NCBI GenBank assembly: GCA_965235115.1
Contig: OZ249447.1
Location: forward strand, 9,424,001-9,488,000
Direction of reading: 5' to 3'
Length of the DNA stretch: 64,000 nt
Source of the DNA: Laetmonice hystrix
Taxonomy: Eukaryota
Both the position numbers and the translations under genes were made by a program. Below the pieces are notes generated by a model. That model had not been told where the DNA came from. It saw nothing but the letters and a program-made list of their open reading frames with translations, and made no database searches. Position 1 is the first letter of the stretch, and every line of letters starts with the position of its first letter. Positions 49,124-61,570 of this stretch are shown piece by piece.

Positions 49124-52100
49124 ATGGGTTACACTGCATCCCCAATAAGAACAGCCTTATCACTGTTCGTCGCGTTCTGGGAATCATTTCTTTTCGGTGG
49201 AACATGCGCTGGCTGGAATGTTTTCGTCTATGTCCTCAAGCAAGATGGTGTTTATTCCCTGCTTTGCACAAACACTCTCAATGCCAACAACTCCGGTGAT
49301 TACGAAAAGAACTTTGAAGCTCCAAGTCATCACTTGAACTCCACGACGGATCAATCGTTGACTGATTGCCCTGCACAGGATAGTAACTTTAGTCTGGCGT
49401 ACACAATTACTATATCCTTATTAGGAGTACAGGCTTTCCCCATCGGGGCCGTATTTGACCGGCTTGGGTTACGAGTCACAAGAACAGCATCCATGTGCGT
49501 ATAATATTAGGCCTACGGGGTCATGTTTTCCTTATTTTTGTCCGGGATTCAGAAATATCACGAAAATCGAAAAATAGACATGCATCCTAAAGCCTAGTGT
49601 GTGCGTGATCATTGTTCGTGATAAGTGTGGGCACACAGAAATATGAATCCCAACATTTCAATCTAGGGTGATTGCTGGTTCCGTTGTATAGAGTTACTTC
49701 GAAGAGTGTAAGCCTGCCTACTTGTAAAAATTGGCTGCTTAAATAGGCCGTAGGCCTTATGTACAGTCTCCGTCTTTATATACAGCATGGCTGCAATATT
49801 AAACTGCGAATTTGAATTTCAGACTAACTTTGATCGCCGCCTTTTTGATGTTGGCATTTGTTGACCCGTGTAAGTAGTCTAGGCCTCTACAGATCACAGT
49901 GGCGTACCCAGAAACTGGACCCAGGGGGTGCTGGAAATAACCAACGTCGTATAGGCGCTGCAAATTGTGAGGGGGCTGTGGCAACAAGCGCACCAAAAAA
50001 TGGGGAAATTGAGGGGTGAGCACCCCAAGCACCCCCCCCCCCCCCGGTACGCTACTGGATCAGGAGCGTATCCCACATTTTCAGATGGGGAGAGGGCAGG
50101 TTAAGTCTAGGATGGCTGGTTCAATCCTACAGGAAGTGCAAGGCGTTTAATTTCCCATGCATTCCACACCAGATATGTTGAGGGGGTACCGAGGGGTTTC
50201 CTTGACTACAGCCCTGGAGAAAGTACTTAAAAGATCCCCAACACGCATCCAAGGGCCAGGCCAGAAGTCGTTCATGCAAGATAAATCGTGATCACCTGTG
50301 GAAAATAACTTTTTAATACTATGCTGTAGGCCTATACATTTTACACAGATTCCTCTTGGTTGATTTATCCGGGATTGGTCCTACTTGGTGTTGGCAACAT
50401 AACCATCATGGTCACAAGTAATCATGTAAGTATATAGCCAATGTATATCACTGACATCCAAACCGTAAGACATACCATAGACCTACTCTATAATCTACGT
50501 CTATGGACATAACAACAACACTATGTCTCGCCACGATATGAACTTCTGCGTCCGTGATTGTGTCTTGAGTCTGTAGGTTATATTGCATAGATGGCTATAC
50601 GTCCTTTAACATGTAGGATAAATGCAAACTGTATTCAGATTGCAGGACTTGCAGGAAAGAAGGCCGGAACAGCCATTGCAATCTTTTCCGGTGGATTTTC
50701 AGCTTCGGGGGTTGTTTTTCTACTTGTAAAGGTAGGCCCTGGGTCAATGACACCGGGGCCCATTCCTCTGAACCCAGTGTTTGCATTTTATGTCCCTAAA
50801 TATAACTAAGCCAAACTAAGCCATTGATAGGCCTAACTATAGGTCTTATTACGATGGACTTTTTCTCTTACATTAGTCGTTTTGTCTGCAAGCATTGTAA
50901 TCTCTCACTGTGTTTTTCAGCTGGCCTCAGACGCTGGGTTCCCTCGACGATATAGTATTCTGATTTTTGTCGGTCTACTCGTGGCCTCCTTTATTCTTAC
51001 CTTCGTCCTTTTTCCAAGTTATAAAGTGCCTGAGTATATAAGCTTGAATCAGCCGACCTGGGAGAAATCGGCCAAACGGGAAACAGGCGCTGGAGAGGGA
51101 GGTGGAGATGATATCCCTCACAGTGATGAAGTGTCTGAAAAGACGCCACTGGTAGATTCTGCAGATCGAAGGTCAGCTGAGGCCGACCAGCAGGCAAACG
51201 GAAATGTACAACCAGAAAGTTTCCTCCACTACGTGTGGTCGATACGCTTTGTGCTTCATGTATATTGGTTCTCATTTTCACATTTGCGCGTCCAATACTA
51301 CGTGGGAAGCTTCAATGCGTGGGTAACGGACATCAGTGACAACAACGAAAGTCTTGGTAAATCAAATTTAACTTTTGTTGGGCCCACCCAAAAATGCATT
51401 GGTATGCCTTCCAGGACCAAAGCAGCGCCCTATACCATCGTAAAATTCCAGCTCCCTCCCGTACACAAGCCGTCCCCTCCAATACAAAGGCCTGGCTATA
51501 CGGGCCCGCTTTTCGTTTATAATAATAGGCCTAAGTATAGGTCTGCATATAGATTATATCTGTTGATGGGTGTCAATATACTTCCTGTGATCTTGTGGAA
51601 AGGCCGTCCTAGAAACACGCGAACGTATGATAAGATCTCGTTTATTCGTGCCTCTCAATAACGCCTTCTCTTTAAAGTTAGTGCCCTCAGCAATGCGTTC
51701 GGTTATATGGTTCTTTCTACGCTTGTGTTGTCGCCAACAGTTGGGATTATCATGGACAGTCGTCGTCGGCGTATCGAAGGTAGGATATGTAGGCTCCAGA
51801 TGTACGTGTAGGGACATGGTTTACTACCTGGACCTGGATTAGCACATGCCAGAATTGCTAGAGTTCGTTTTTCTAGTTATGTTGAAAACATTGCACCTTA
51901 AGTTCCGTCCTATTGTAGAAAGAATGAAGAAAGGATTTTGTATATTATAACCCGGCTCACACAAAACATTATAAAACGTTATTCATCGTTGCTATAGCTG
52001 GGAAATAATATCAATAATCAAGACTTATCATGAAGGATTGAATTAATGGAAATCAGATGCTTAAAAACGATGTTTAAAAAAAAGAAACAAGGAAACAAGG

Positions 52101-53930
52101 AAGATGACCTCAGAGAAAATCAATCAATTGTATCTTTTCCAGATTCCGCTCCATATGAAAGAAGGGCAAAGGCCTCATTCGTTCCGGTTACGTTGTCCTG
52201 TGTACTTGGAATATTGATGAGTGCGTTTGTCTTGGTTGAGACTATGTGGTCGGCTTATGTGTCTATTGCTGTGGTACAAATATACAGATCGTTCGTCTAT
52301 CCGGCCTGTTTTATCTACTTGTATATATCGTAAGTGACCAGTGTGATACGTTAGAGCTAAAACAGTGTATCTTGCCGTATCTTAGAAATCTATTCTCCTC
52401 CGTCACTAAATCGATAAAAATAGAAAGAAAATAATCTCAGAGTGACTCATCACATATCTGATGAAGAATTTACGAACAGGGCCAAATGAAAATGGCAATG
52501 CCTCAGGAACCCAATATAAGGGTGGGGGCATTGCTAAGATTCTTTTAGCAGGTCAGTTGTAAATGATCGCGTATAACTTTTCCTCTCATTATGCAGCTAT
52601 CCTTTGAGTCATTATGGAAAACTGTTTGGGCTTTCCTACTTCATTGGCGGAATTACAAACTTCCTGCAGTACGCTTTTTTCTCATGGGCAGAGGAGGTGA
52701 ACTCGTTTTCCCCGGTAGGTGATCCATCATTGATATTGACGGAGATTCTTCTCTATAGACCTTCTATTATCTTTTTTTCATACATTTTCCTTACTTCGAT
52801 CCTGATGGGGTCATTTTGTGATGTGGACCCCTAAGCACTACATGGAGGCCTTACAGGCATGGGCATAGCTCTGTCGCCGAACACATCAAAACATGTCTTG
52901 ATAATTAATGTGGTCATTATTTTATAGGCTACTTACAGAGTTGTAGGACCGATATAGGACCAGTGATTGAAAAATCAGTTTTTGTAATGATGATTCAACT
53001 TGTTGGGGTGACTAACATCACCAAGGACCAAAAAAGTCACACGTAGGCCTAAGTCCAGAGGCAACACGGTCGAAATCCAACAACGCCTATACTACTTTAC
53101 GAAGTTAGGATGCTTCTTTTCACATAGGCCTAGGCCTATATCGTTATTGTGAATGTGTTATGTTTAAAGCAGGAATCGAAGCAATAAGGCTCATCAGAGC
53201 CCCCTGCTAGATGACAGAGCTCAATGCAGACTTTCACTGCTCTCCCGCTAGGGGCAAAGGGAGCCCCCTGGCGGAGTGAGCCGAGTAACAGTCTAAATGT
53301 GAGCTGGTTCCCGGCTCCGTCGCTAGGTGGCTCTGTGGTCGACGCGAGCAGATCTCACTCGCGTTGACCACAGAGCCGTCTAGCCAGGGAGCCGAGAACC
53401 AGCTTAAACACCCTGTCGTGGTTTTATAGTTTAAAGTGAAAACGCCAGACGGCAGCTAGCTATCACGACTGTCAAAGCATCGCCGCACGTGGCGCGTCCA
53501 AAAAAATTAAGCATAGTCCAGATCTAATAAAACTGAGCATTTCAAGAAGGGAGGGAGGCCTACCCTAAGCTGATAGGCCCTATTATAAATGCTCATCAAA
53601 TTAACTTCGAGTGTAACTGAATCTCTAAACGGTCCGCGAACGTAGAACGTCAGTGTTGTTTGCGCCATGCTTATTCAGGTTTCTCAAAAATCCACCAGTC
53701 GGCGCTGCCAGGTTCGACCAGGGAAAGCCAGCATGCAGAGGCCTAGATTTGGCCCTAACTTCACAAATAGCCTAGGCTGTTCTATTAGGCTGCTCATACC
53801 CTACCTTTGTTGATTTCAGGGAAACATCCTATTGCTGTGTCTGACGGTCCTAACATTTGCCCATCCCATTTACATCTACACTCAAAGTCGGAGATCTTGC
53901 GAAAAGTCAGACGCGGCACCAACCGGATAA
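49124..53930 (+). CDS. SLC43A3-like: SLC43A3-like transporter, copy 3, apparently intact
   Basis: Exons 49124-49494, 49823-49869, 50349-50425, 50639-50731, 50921-51356, 51678-51779, 52143-52329, 52597-52714, 53820-53930. Lengths identical to copy 1, splice sites intact. Confidence 0.86.
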
Positions 53931-55144
53931 CAACTAAGACCAAAAGATACTGCGTGATATTTTACTAGTCTATTCGTACGCGATATAGGCTAGACTCTGA
54001 GTCACATAGATTACGTAACGCTATTCTGACCATAATCTGACACCCCACCCCCGTATCAATGGAGCTTTATAATGGACTGTAACGCTTGGACACCCCCCCC
54101 CCCTTTTCACCCGCACACCCTAACTTCATGAGCGTTACGTTATTTAGGCCTATGGACGGCCCCTATGGACTATAGGCACTCACGCTGTCCGCTTAAAAGC
54201 AGTATACTGAGTGTCTCGGCAGCATTAGCCCATTGTGGGGAAGTTACCAACTCACGGGCTAGAGCTAGGCCGCCTACCTGTGTGCGTAGACCTCCCTCGG
54301 CTCCCAGCATAAGCTGGTCCCAGACGCTCTCGATAGGGGTCGCTGGCGTTTAAATCCGCTATCAACCTATGTCCTAGCCGGAAACCTCCGGGGCCTGTCT
54401 TACTAACGAAGATCCTCAGCAAATTCCCACCAAAGTCCCCATATCGGAGATATTCCAGTTGTGAGGTTTTTGAGACAAAAATAAAACTCCCCATTGAAAC
54501 AGTATTTGAGAGATATCCTCAATATGGGATCGACGCCTGATTTTAGTGATATCAATCAAGCTCCAACAGCGCCCCCTATCAGATGCCCAGTGCGGCAAAA
54601 GCAAATTCGATCATGTTATTTTCTGATGTTAAAATTTGAAGAGCTACCCGCGATTAGGCCTACTGCTGATTATACGATAAGCTTACAGACATGGACATTG
54701 AACATGATTGGAATTAGGCCTGCGTGCCTTTTACTTTTCCTAACCCGGAGCCATACCTATATCTTTATTAATGAGAAGGCTATAATAATAGCCTAGTAGG
54801 CCTATAGCCTAACCTATAGTATAGGCCCCTAGCTATACCTGGTAGAGATCACGATGACTCTGAAATAAAGAATATAGGCCTATGCTGCGTTCGCCTGATC
54901 TCTTTTAATATTCTTTTAGAATGCCTTTTACTGTTAAAGTTTTATCTAATTTAGGTGGGCCTAATTAAGGTCCTATCTTATCTAGGCAGGGCCTAGACAT
55001 ATGTCTCAGATCTAGCATCTAGGCCTAGATCGCCTAGGCCTAATTAGCTGTATAGCCCTAGCCTGCAGTTCAAATTAGAGACGATCGAACCTGCTTGTAA
55101 AACATTTTAAAATATAAATTCAATTTTTAAAGGGCAGACGTGAT

Positions 55145-55277
55145 CAATGGCGGATTCGCGGGGGGTTCAAAATTGTCTTGGGGGGAGGACCCCCAGACCC
55201 CGCCTTTGGCGCTCGTAAGTTATGCTTTTCCCGATGCCCCCCCCCCCCCACACACACATTTTCTGGATCCGCCCCTG
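55145..55277. mobile_element. CAGGGGCGGATCC-type MITE with 5 bp TSD, upstream of MON1
   Basis: GTGAT|CAATGGCGGATTC ... GGATCCGCCCCTG|GTGAT (TIR 10/13 matched). Confidence 0.65.
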
Positions 55278-55438
55278 GTGATCTTTGGAGATCATTAAAT
55301 CGCTGAGCCGCAGTTCTTTTACTATGTTTTTCTGCCTCTAGGTACTCGGATAAGGCGTCTTGTTATTTCGCGCGTGTAGTAGGCGGTACGTCTTATACTT
55401 ATTTCTATTCGCGCACTTGACTGAATCAGCAAACAATC

Positions 55439-58400
55439 ATGGCGGACGGAGCCGAAAAAGAAAAGCTGCCCGCTGAAGATGTGCCTGAAGGGGACGAACC
55501 TGGTGCCAGCAGGAGCTCAATGTTAATATCAGACTCTTACGAAGATCTAGCTAGTATTCTGGCGGAGCAGTGCACGACAGCGGAGAGACAGCGATTGCGT
55601 AGTGGCACTATTAACGAGATTACGGGCGAGCAGGGGGAGGACTCAACGTCCGCCAGTTCACGAGCAGATGACGCCTCGGTGGCTGACTCCGTGGACAGTG
55701 AGGGGAGTGGACCGTCTAACAATGTCAACAGTGGCACTGGCACTGAGGTTGGCTTCTTGTTAGTCCATCATTTATGAATATTTTCTATGTAAAGGGAGGT
55801 CATAACTCATTATATTTATAAAGAAAGGGCATAGCCTATTTCATTTTGTTGGGGGGGGGGGGGGGTACTCCAACAAGTCAGAGTCCTAGTCCTTACGTCC
55901 ATACGGACTCTGACCGTCGAGGACAAATGTGCCAGCGACTGCTATGCTGCCGGGGTTCTATCTCGGTCCTATCGCGCATCATCGCCCCAAAGTCATGTTT
56001 CAGACCACTTTTGGCACTGAAACTTGCTGAGAGTACACAAAAGAGGTTACTTCAACAGATACGTAAATGTATTTTGTTGGATGTTATCTTAGTAGGTGAA
56101 ATTCTCAGTTTGTTTGGTCAAATACAGCGCAGCGTGGGTGACGAGCGGTGACCCAGTTTATCGCGTGTGCGTATTTTCGACCTCTAGAGTGGATCCGGAA
56201 CGGACCGCATAAGTAGGTTGCGCTCTGTTCAAGCAGACGCTGACGGCACAGAGTGAAGCTACCCGTTTCGGGTACCAGTAGCGATCTAACCTTTATCAGT
56301 TCCCGGTCACTCGGTGCACTGCAGATGGCTGACGGACCTACGGACCCGACATGCTCGTAAACAACCGGACCGTGTGGACGTTATATTTGTCCAATAATTA
56401 TAATCAAGGTCGGAATAGAAATTTCAATACCGTGGCTCTCTATAAAAATCGATTTCATACTCCGTGGAAGAAGTTTAGTACCAAAACGAAGGCCGCAAAG
56501 TTGCGATAACGGACCTCTTCGCAGAGGGTCGATGAGTCGCTAGGCCAGCGTCACTCGACAACTAAACGGTGTTCTGGAAGACACCGTTTAGAAACTGAAC
56601 TAGGGGGGGGGGGGTACTCCTACAACTTAGTCAGAGAAACAAATACACCAGCAACTGCTATCCTGCCGGGGTTCTATCTCGGTCCTATCGCTCATCATCG
56701 CCTCAAAGTCATGTTTCAGACCACTTTTAGCACTGAAACTTGCTGAGAGTACACAAAAGAGGTTAATTCAAGTTTCAACAGATACGTAAATGTATTTTGT
56801 TGGATGTTATCTTAGTAGGTGAAATTCTCAGTTTGTTTGGTCAAATACAGTGCAGCGCGGGTGACAAGCGGTGACCCAGTTTATCGGGTGTGCGTATTTC
56901 CGACCTCTACAGTGGATCCGGAACGGACCGCATAAGTAGGTCGCGCTACCTGCTTAAGCAGACGCTGACGGCACAGAGTGAAGCTACCCGTTTTGGGTAC
57001 CAGTAGCAATCAAACTTTTATCAGTTCTCGGTCACTCGATGCACCGCAGATGGCTTACAGAGCCTACGGACCCGACTTGCTCGTAATCAACCGGACCGTG
57101 TGGACGTTATACTTGTCCAGTAATTATAATCAAGGTCAGAATAGCCATTCTATCACCTCTGCTGTCTTAAAATATCGATTTCATGCTCCGTGGAAGAGGT
57201 TTAGTACCGGTACTAAAACGAAGGCCGCAAAGTTGCGATAACGGACCTCCGCAAGAATCGCTGGGAAAACGTCACTCGACAACTAAACGGTGTTCTGGAA
57301 GACACCGTTTAGAAACTGAACTAGGGGGGGTGGGCAGAACTCCCTATCCCCCCAAAAATTGTTGCGCCCCCCCCCCAAAGGTTTTCTGCTTGTATTTTGT
57401 TTTTAAAAAACTTCTCCCATACTCCTTCACCCCCCCTCCCCCCCCCCACCCCAAAGTCTGTTAACCCGCAAACCAAAGTGATGACCATGTTAAGCTGGGA
57501 AAATCTGGTTGCATTTAGTTAATATGTAATTGTAAGAATATAATATATTGTATTCAAAGAAATTTTAATGTTTTGTTTTCCTTTTGCCAGGTATCTGCAT
57601 AGAATATTTTAATAGCAAAATTTTGGGGCAAAGTTATAAAAAATTAGCCTGTTTTCCTTGCTTTGAGGTCACTTATCTGATTTGAACTGATGTTTGGGCT
57701 CTTATAATTTGTCTAAAAGGAGGTAAAAGAGCAATCTGCCGCAATCCAAGAGAACCATACTTTGGAGACAGAGGATGACGTTTTTAAAGGAGGAGGTAGT
57801 AATGCCAGCCCAGTACCTGATATGGAAGAAGCCGCTGAGGTATCTGAAACTGAAGTACTTGATTATGTACATACAGCAGAATGGAAGACTCAAAAAAAGC
57901 ACATCTTCATTCTCAGTGGAGCAGGAAAACCCATATATTCAAGGTAAAAATGTCATCATATAATTCTAATATTAGTCAGATATTGTTTAAATAAGGTGTC
58001 TTTTAGAGATGTTTTAATGTTTGCTAAAAATAGTTACACTGTTAGATACACAAGGCAAAGTTTGGTCTTATATGAAAATAATGTTAACAGAAAATTATGG
58101 TAAAAAAAGCATTCTGAAACTTCTTCATTCTTTTCTTTTCTATGTGTTACAGATATGGAAATGAGGACAAGTTGGTGACAATAACTGGAGTCATGCAGGC
58201 TCTTGTGTCATTTGTTCAGGATTCTAGCGATATATTGAGATGTATTGTTGCTGGTGATCATCAGTTTGTGTTCTTGGTTCGTGAACACTTGATCCTGGTA
58301 GCAGTCGCTCACACAGGAGAGTCTCAGCATCAGCTGTTGCTGCAGCTTACATATGTTTACAATCAGGTATGTCTTATGTATTTTAGAAAGCCTATCGCAG

Positions 58401-60458
58401 ATAGTCAACCTGTCTTATCAAGCCTAATGAGACCATATTGCCTCTTGGTCCAGTTTTGATTGTCAGCTCCTCACATGCAATATTATTCTCAGAAGTCTTA
58501 ATTTTTAGGGGCAGATTAGCCAGTCAAATGTATTTATGCAAGGGGAATCAAAATTGTTTAGTAGAAGAAAATAAAGTAGAAGGCCTTAGTTTATTTTAAT
58601 GCAGGCTGTTTGAGTAAGATAATGACTGAAAAGTTAGTGCTGCAGATGTGTGTTCAACTAGGTTAGTCTTACAAGCTATTGTTTTATTGCAGTGCCACAA
58701 GGTTTAAGAATGTGTTATGTTTTTATGCTGCTCTTTATAGTCTTGTGTCTATTTCTACACAGGTACTGAGTGTCTTGACTCACAGCCAGTTATCAAGGAT
58801 CTTTAAGCAGCGGCGAAATTATGACTTGAGACGATTATTGTCTGGTGCTGAGAAATTTTTTGACAACTTGCTGACAATGATGGACAGTGATCCAAGCTTT
58901 TTACTAGGAGCAGTACGGTGTTTACCACTTGAAAGCCACATCCGGGATCAAATATCAAATAGTATTGCACAGTATGGAAAAATAAAGGTTTGTCAAATAC
59001 ATAAACAAAATAATAGAAAGTACAAATGAAATAAATACCATAATTGTTTGCATTTTACAGACAAAAGTGAGATAAGCATGGACATTTTATTACCAATATT
59101 TCAAATTGCATATTTTATTTCTCATTATAAATAGTTACAGTGGACCTCTGTTCTATTCCAGGATCTAGTTTTTGCCATTTTAGTTGCTCAGTCACAACTT
59201 GTCACACTAGTTCGGCTAAAGAAGTACTTCCTGCACCCCCTAGACCTACATCTCATCTTCAACTTGGTTGCGGCCTCAGAATCTTTCAAGGCAGCAGAAT
59301 CATGGACGCCTATCTGTTTGCCAAAGTTTGACTCAGGGTGAGGAAATCACAGAAACCTGAACTTATAAGTAGCAGTAAAAAATTTGGATAATTCACTATC
59401 AGAGCAGAAATTTGGACATAAAGAGAAATAGAAATACTGTAATATAAGCTCATCAGCATCTAGGTCAGACCACCTGAAAGATTGACTATGACTGAGGTTT
59501 TATATGAGATGATGTCACTAAATGTGATTTGATTGTTTCAGTGGTTATCTACATGCTCACATCTCCTATCTCGATGAGGAATGCAACTGCTGTCTGCTGC
59601 TGCTAACTGTTGACAGAGACGTCTTTTTCACCTTGTCTGAGTGCAAACAAAAAATTCAGCAGGTATAATAATTCGCCACATTGAAGTATATTTTTCCTTC
59701 TCTAATCGTTAGATCTCATATACATGTTTGCTTTATGGTCAGTGTTGTCAAGTTTGGAGGTAAAATGGGTTGTGTTTCAGATATTCCTTTCCTATACTTT
59801 CAGCGCCTAGTCAAGTACCATTGCTTGCAAGCCATGAACGAATCACTGGCAAAAACAAGGTATCGGATTGGTCAAGTTGGAATTCCTGAGTTGCGCCACT
59901 TCCTTTACAAGGCTAAGTCTACTGCACAATACACGAGTCCCGAGTACGATGCCCCCTACAACACTGAGGAGGAAAGAAGCAGGTTGTTCAGTCTCTACCA
60001 TTACCTTCATGGTCGGATCCACAACACAGGAAGACCACTCAAGATTCTCTTCCATGTTGGACCACATGAAACCCTGTTAGGATGGGTAAGGGGCTTTACT
60101 GTGGATTATAGCATGTCGATAGTTGATAGTTGTTCACACTTCATTTTTAGAACACTGGTAAGAGTGACTGTTTTCTTTAACAGGAAATGACTATCAGGTA
60201 ATAAAAACTGTGTTTTTGTTTTTCTGTGAAACATATTTTCAGAAATAGTAAAGCCATTCAAGCCTGAATGCTGCATAGGGCTGTGTTGGTAAAATATACT
60301 CTTGTTTCTTTTTTCAGGTTACATCTGGATTCGAGTTGTATGCTGTGTTTGGACCACTTGTCACGAAACCAGTGGCCATCAGTTCTGTTAATAAGTTATT
60401 AAAATGGATCAAAAGGGAGGAGGACAAGCTATTTATTCTAAGCTCGCCAACGTTTTGA
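55439..60458 (+). CDS. MON1: Vacuolar fusion protein MON1 homolog (Mon1-Ccz1 Rab7 GEF subunit), 8 coding exons, ~563 aa
   Basis: Exons 55439-55747, 57720-57943, 58153-58366, 58763-58987, 59162-59337, 59542-59662, 59804-60085, 60318-60458; GT-AG with consistent phases. Motifs [72 protein letters not shown]. Confidence 0.95.
55851..57330. repeat. Two tandem ~720-750 bp units in MON1 intron 1
   Basis: Units 55851-56602 and 56603-57323, each starting G(n)TACTCC and ending CTAAACGGTGT-loop-ACACCGTTTAG-AAACTGAA-CTAG before the next G-run. Confidence 0.92.
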
Positions 60459-61570
60459 CGCAGGTTTCCAGCTGTAGAAGTTGGCAAATGGAAGGAGCAT
60501 ATGTCAGGTTTATCTCTGTGATTGATTCGGTGGTGTTCCGCTGGGGTTCATGAACACTTTCAATATAAGCGTAGATGTATATATAACAATGCCCAAGGTG
60601 TATCTGTGATTCCAATGGTGGAGGGATTAGTAACCTGAAGTAACATATAACATGTTTTGTGAATGTCAATCTTATTCTTCATGAAATGATAGAAGATTTG
60701 AGTAGGTGGGGGGGGGGAGTTATTAATTGGTGTTTCATGGTATTGGTGTATGTAGATGGACTAGACCAATGACTGAAACTATGTGTTATGAGGTTTGGGA
60801 ACCATACCAGTGACCAGAATTTACGGGTGAGGGGGTTGGGAAGTCATCTCTGGTTTCTTGTTGCACACAACGATTTGTTTGTGACCATAAAACGTGGTGA
60901 ACGATACACTGGAGCAAGGATGAGAGTATTCTGATTTTCCTCAGAAATACATTTTTTTACAAGGACGTTGCCCCTCGCCAGCTTAGGCATAGCCACCCGT
61001 CATAAACCCGGGAATCTTTTTTTTCAGTGGCCACTCTCGTGCCTGACTGGACAGAAAGAAGGTATGCCAGCACTTCAGATAGTGTCATTTAATGATAGCC
61101 ATGCACAAACCAGTGAAACAATATTACTTGTATGCATATGAAATTGTTCAGGATTGTGCTCTGTACATTTTGTGGATAGAAAATTAGATCATCTAAGATT
61201 TCACAAAGTTCCTCTCATTTTATTTTCCATGGTGAAGTACAAATGTTGGTGTGAAATGTTCTGAGCAGATGGTCTCCAGGATAAATGCCTACACATTAGG
61301 CAGATATATTTCGTAGATTGTAACTAAAGACACAATACATGTACTGGACGTGGTAAGGATTCATTGATTGGATACCTCAACTTGTATGGTGTATCTGATG
61401 GGATTGTCAGAGGTTCCTTTCTTGTACTGCAGGGTTGTCAAGAAGAGCAAAGTTTACCATAGCAGAAGGCAGTGTGGTTTTATAAATCACTTGAAATATA
61501 CCGAAAAGTAAATCGGTAAAGAACCATGGAAATAACCATTTTAAATCAGTTTAAAGAAAATAAGCTTCTT

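Larger units (their letters stand above)
24682..55035 (+). repeat. Tandem segmental triplication (~24682-35500, 35525-45720, 45723-55035)
   Basis: Three colinear units: EFL1 segment, intergenic DNA, SLC43 gene, downstream DNA. Homology of unit 3 to unit 1 ends at TAGATCGCCTA (~35499 vs ~55035), ~400 bp before the MON1 ATG. Confidence 0.95.

Noticed and set aside
56978-57241. ORF in the MON1 intron repeat with a frame-preserving 6 nt indel between units
   Set aside because: The equivalent frame in unit 1 is broken by a 1 nt difference near GCTGACGGACC (~56330), so coding constraint is not supported.
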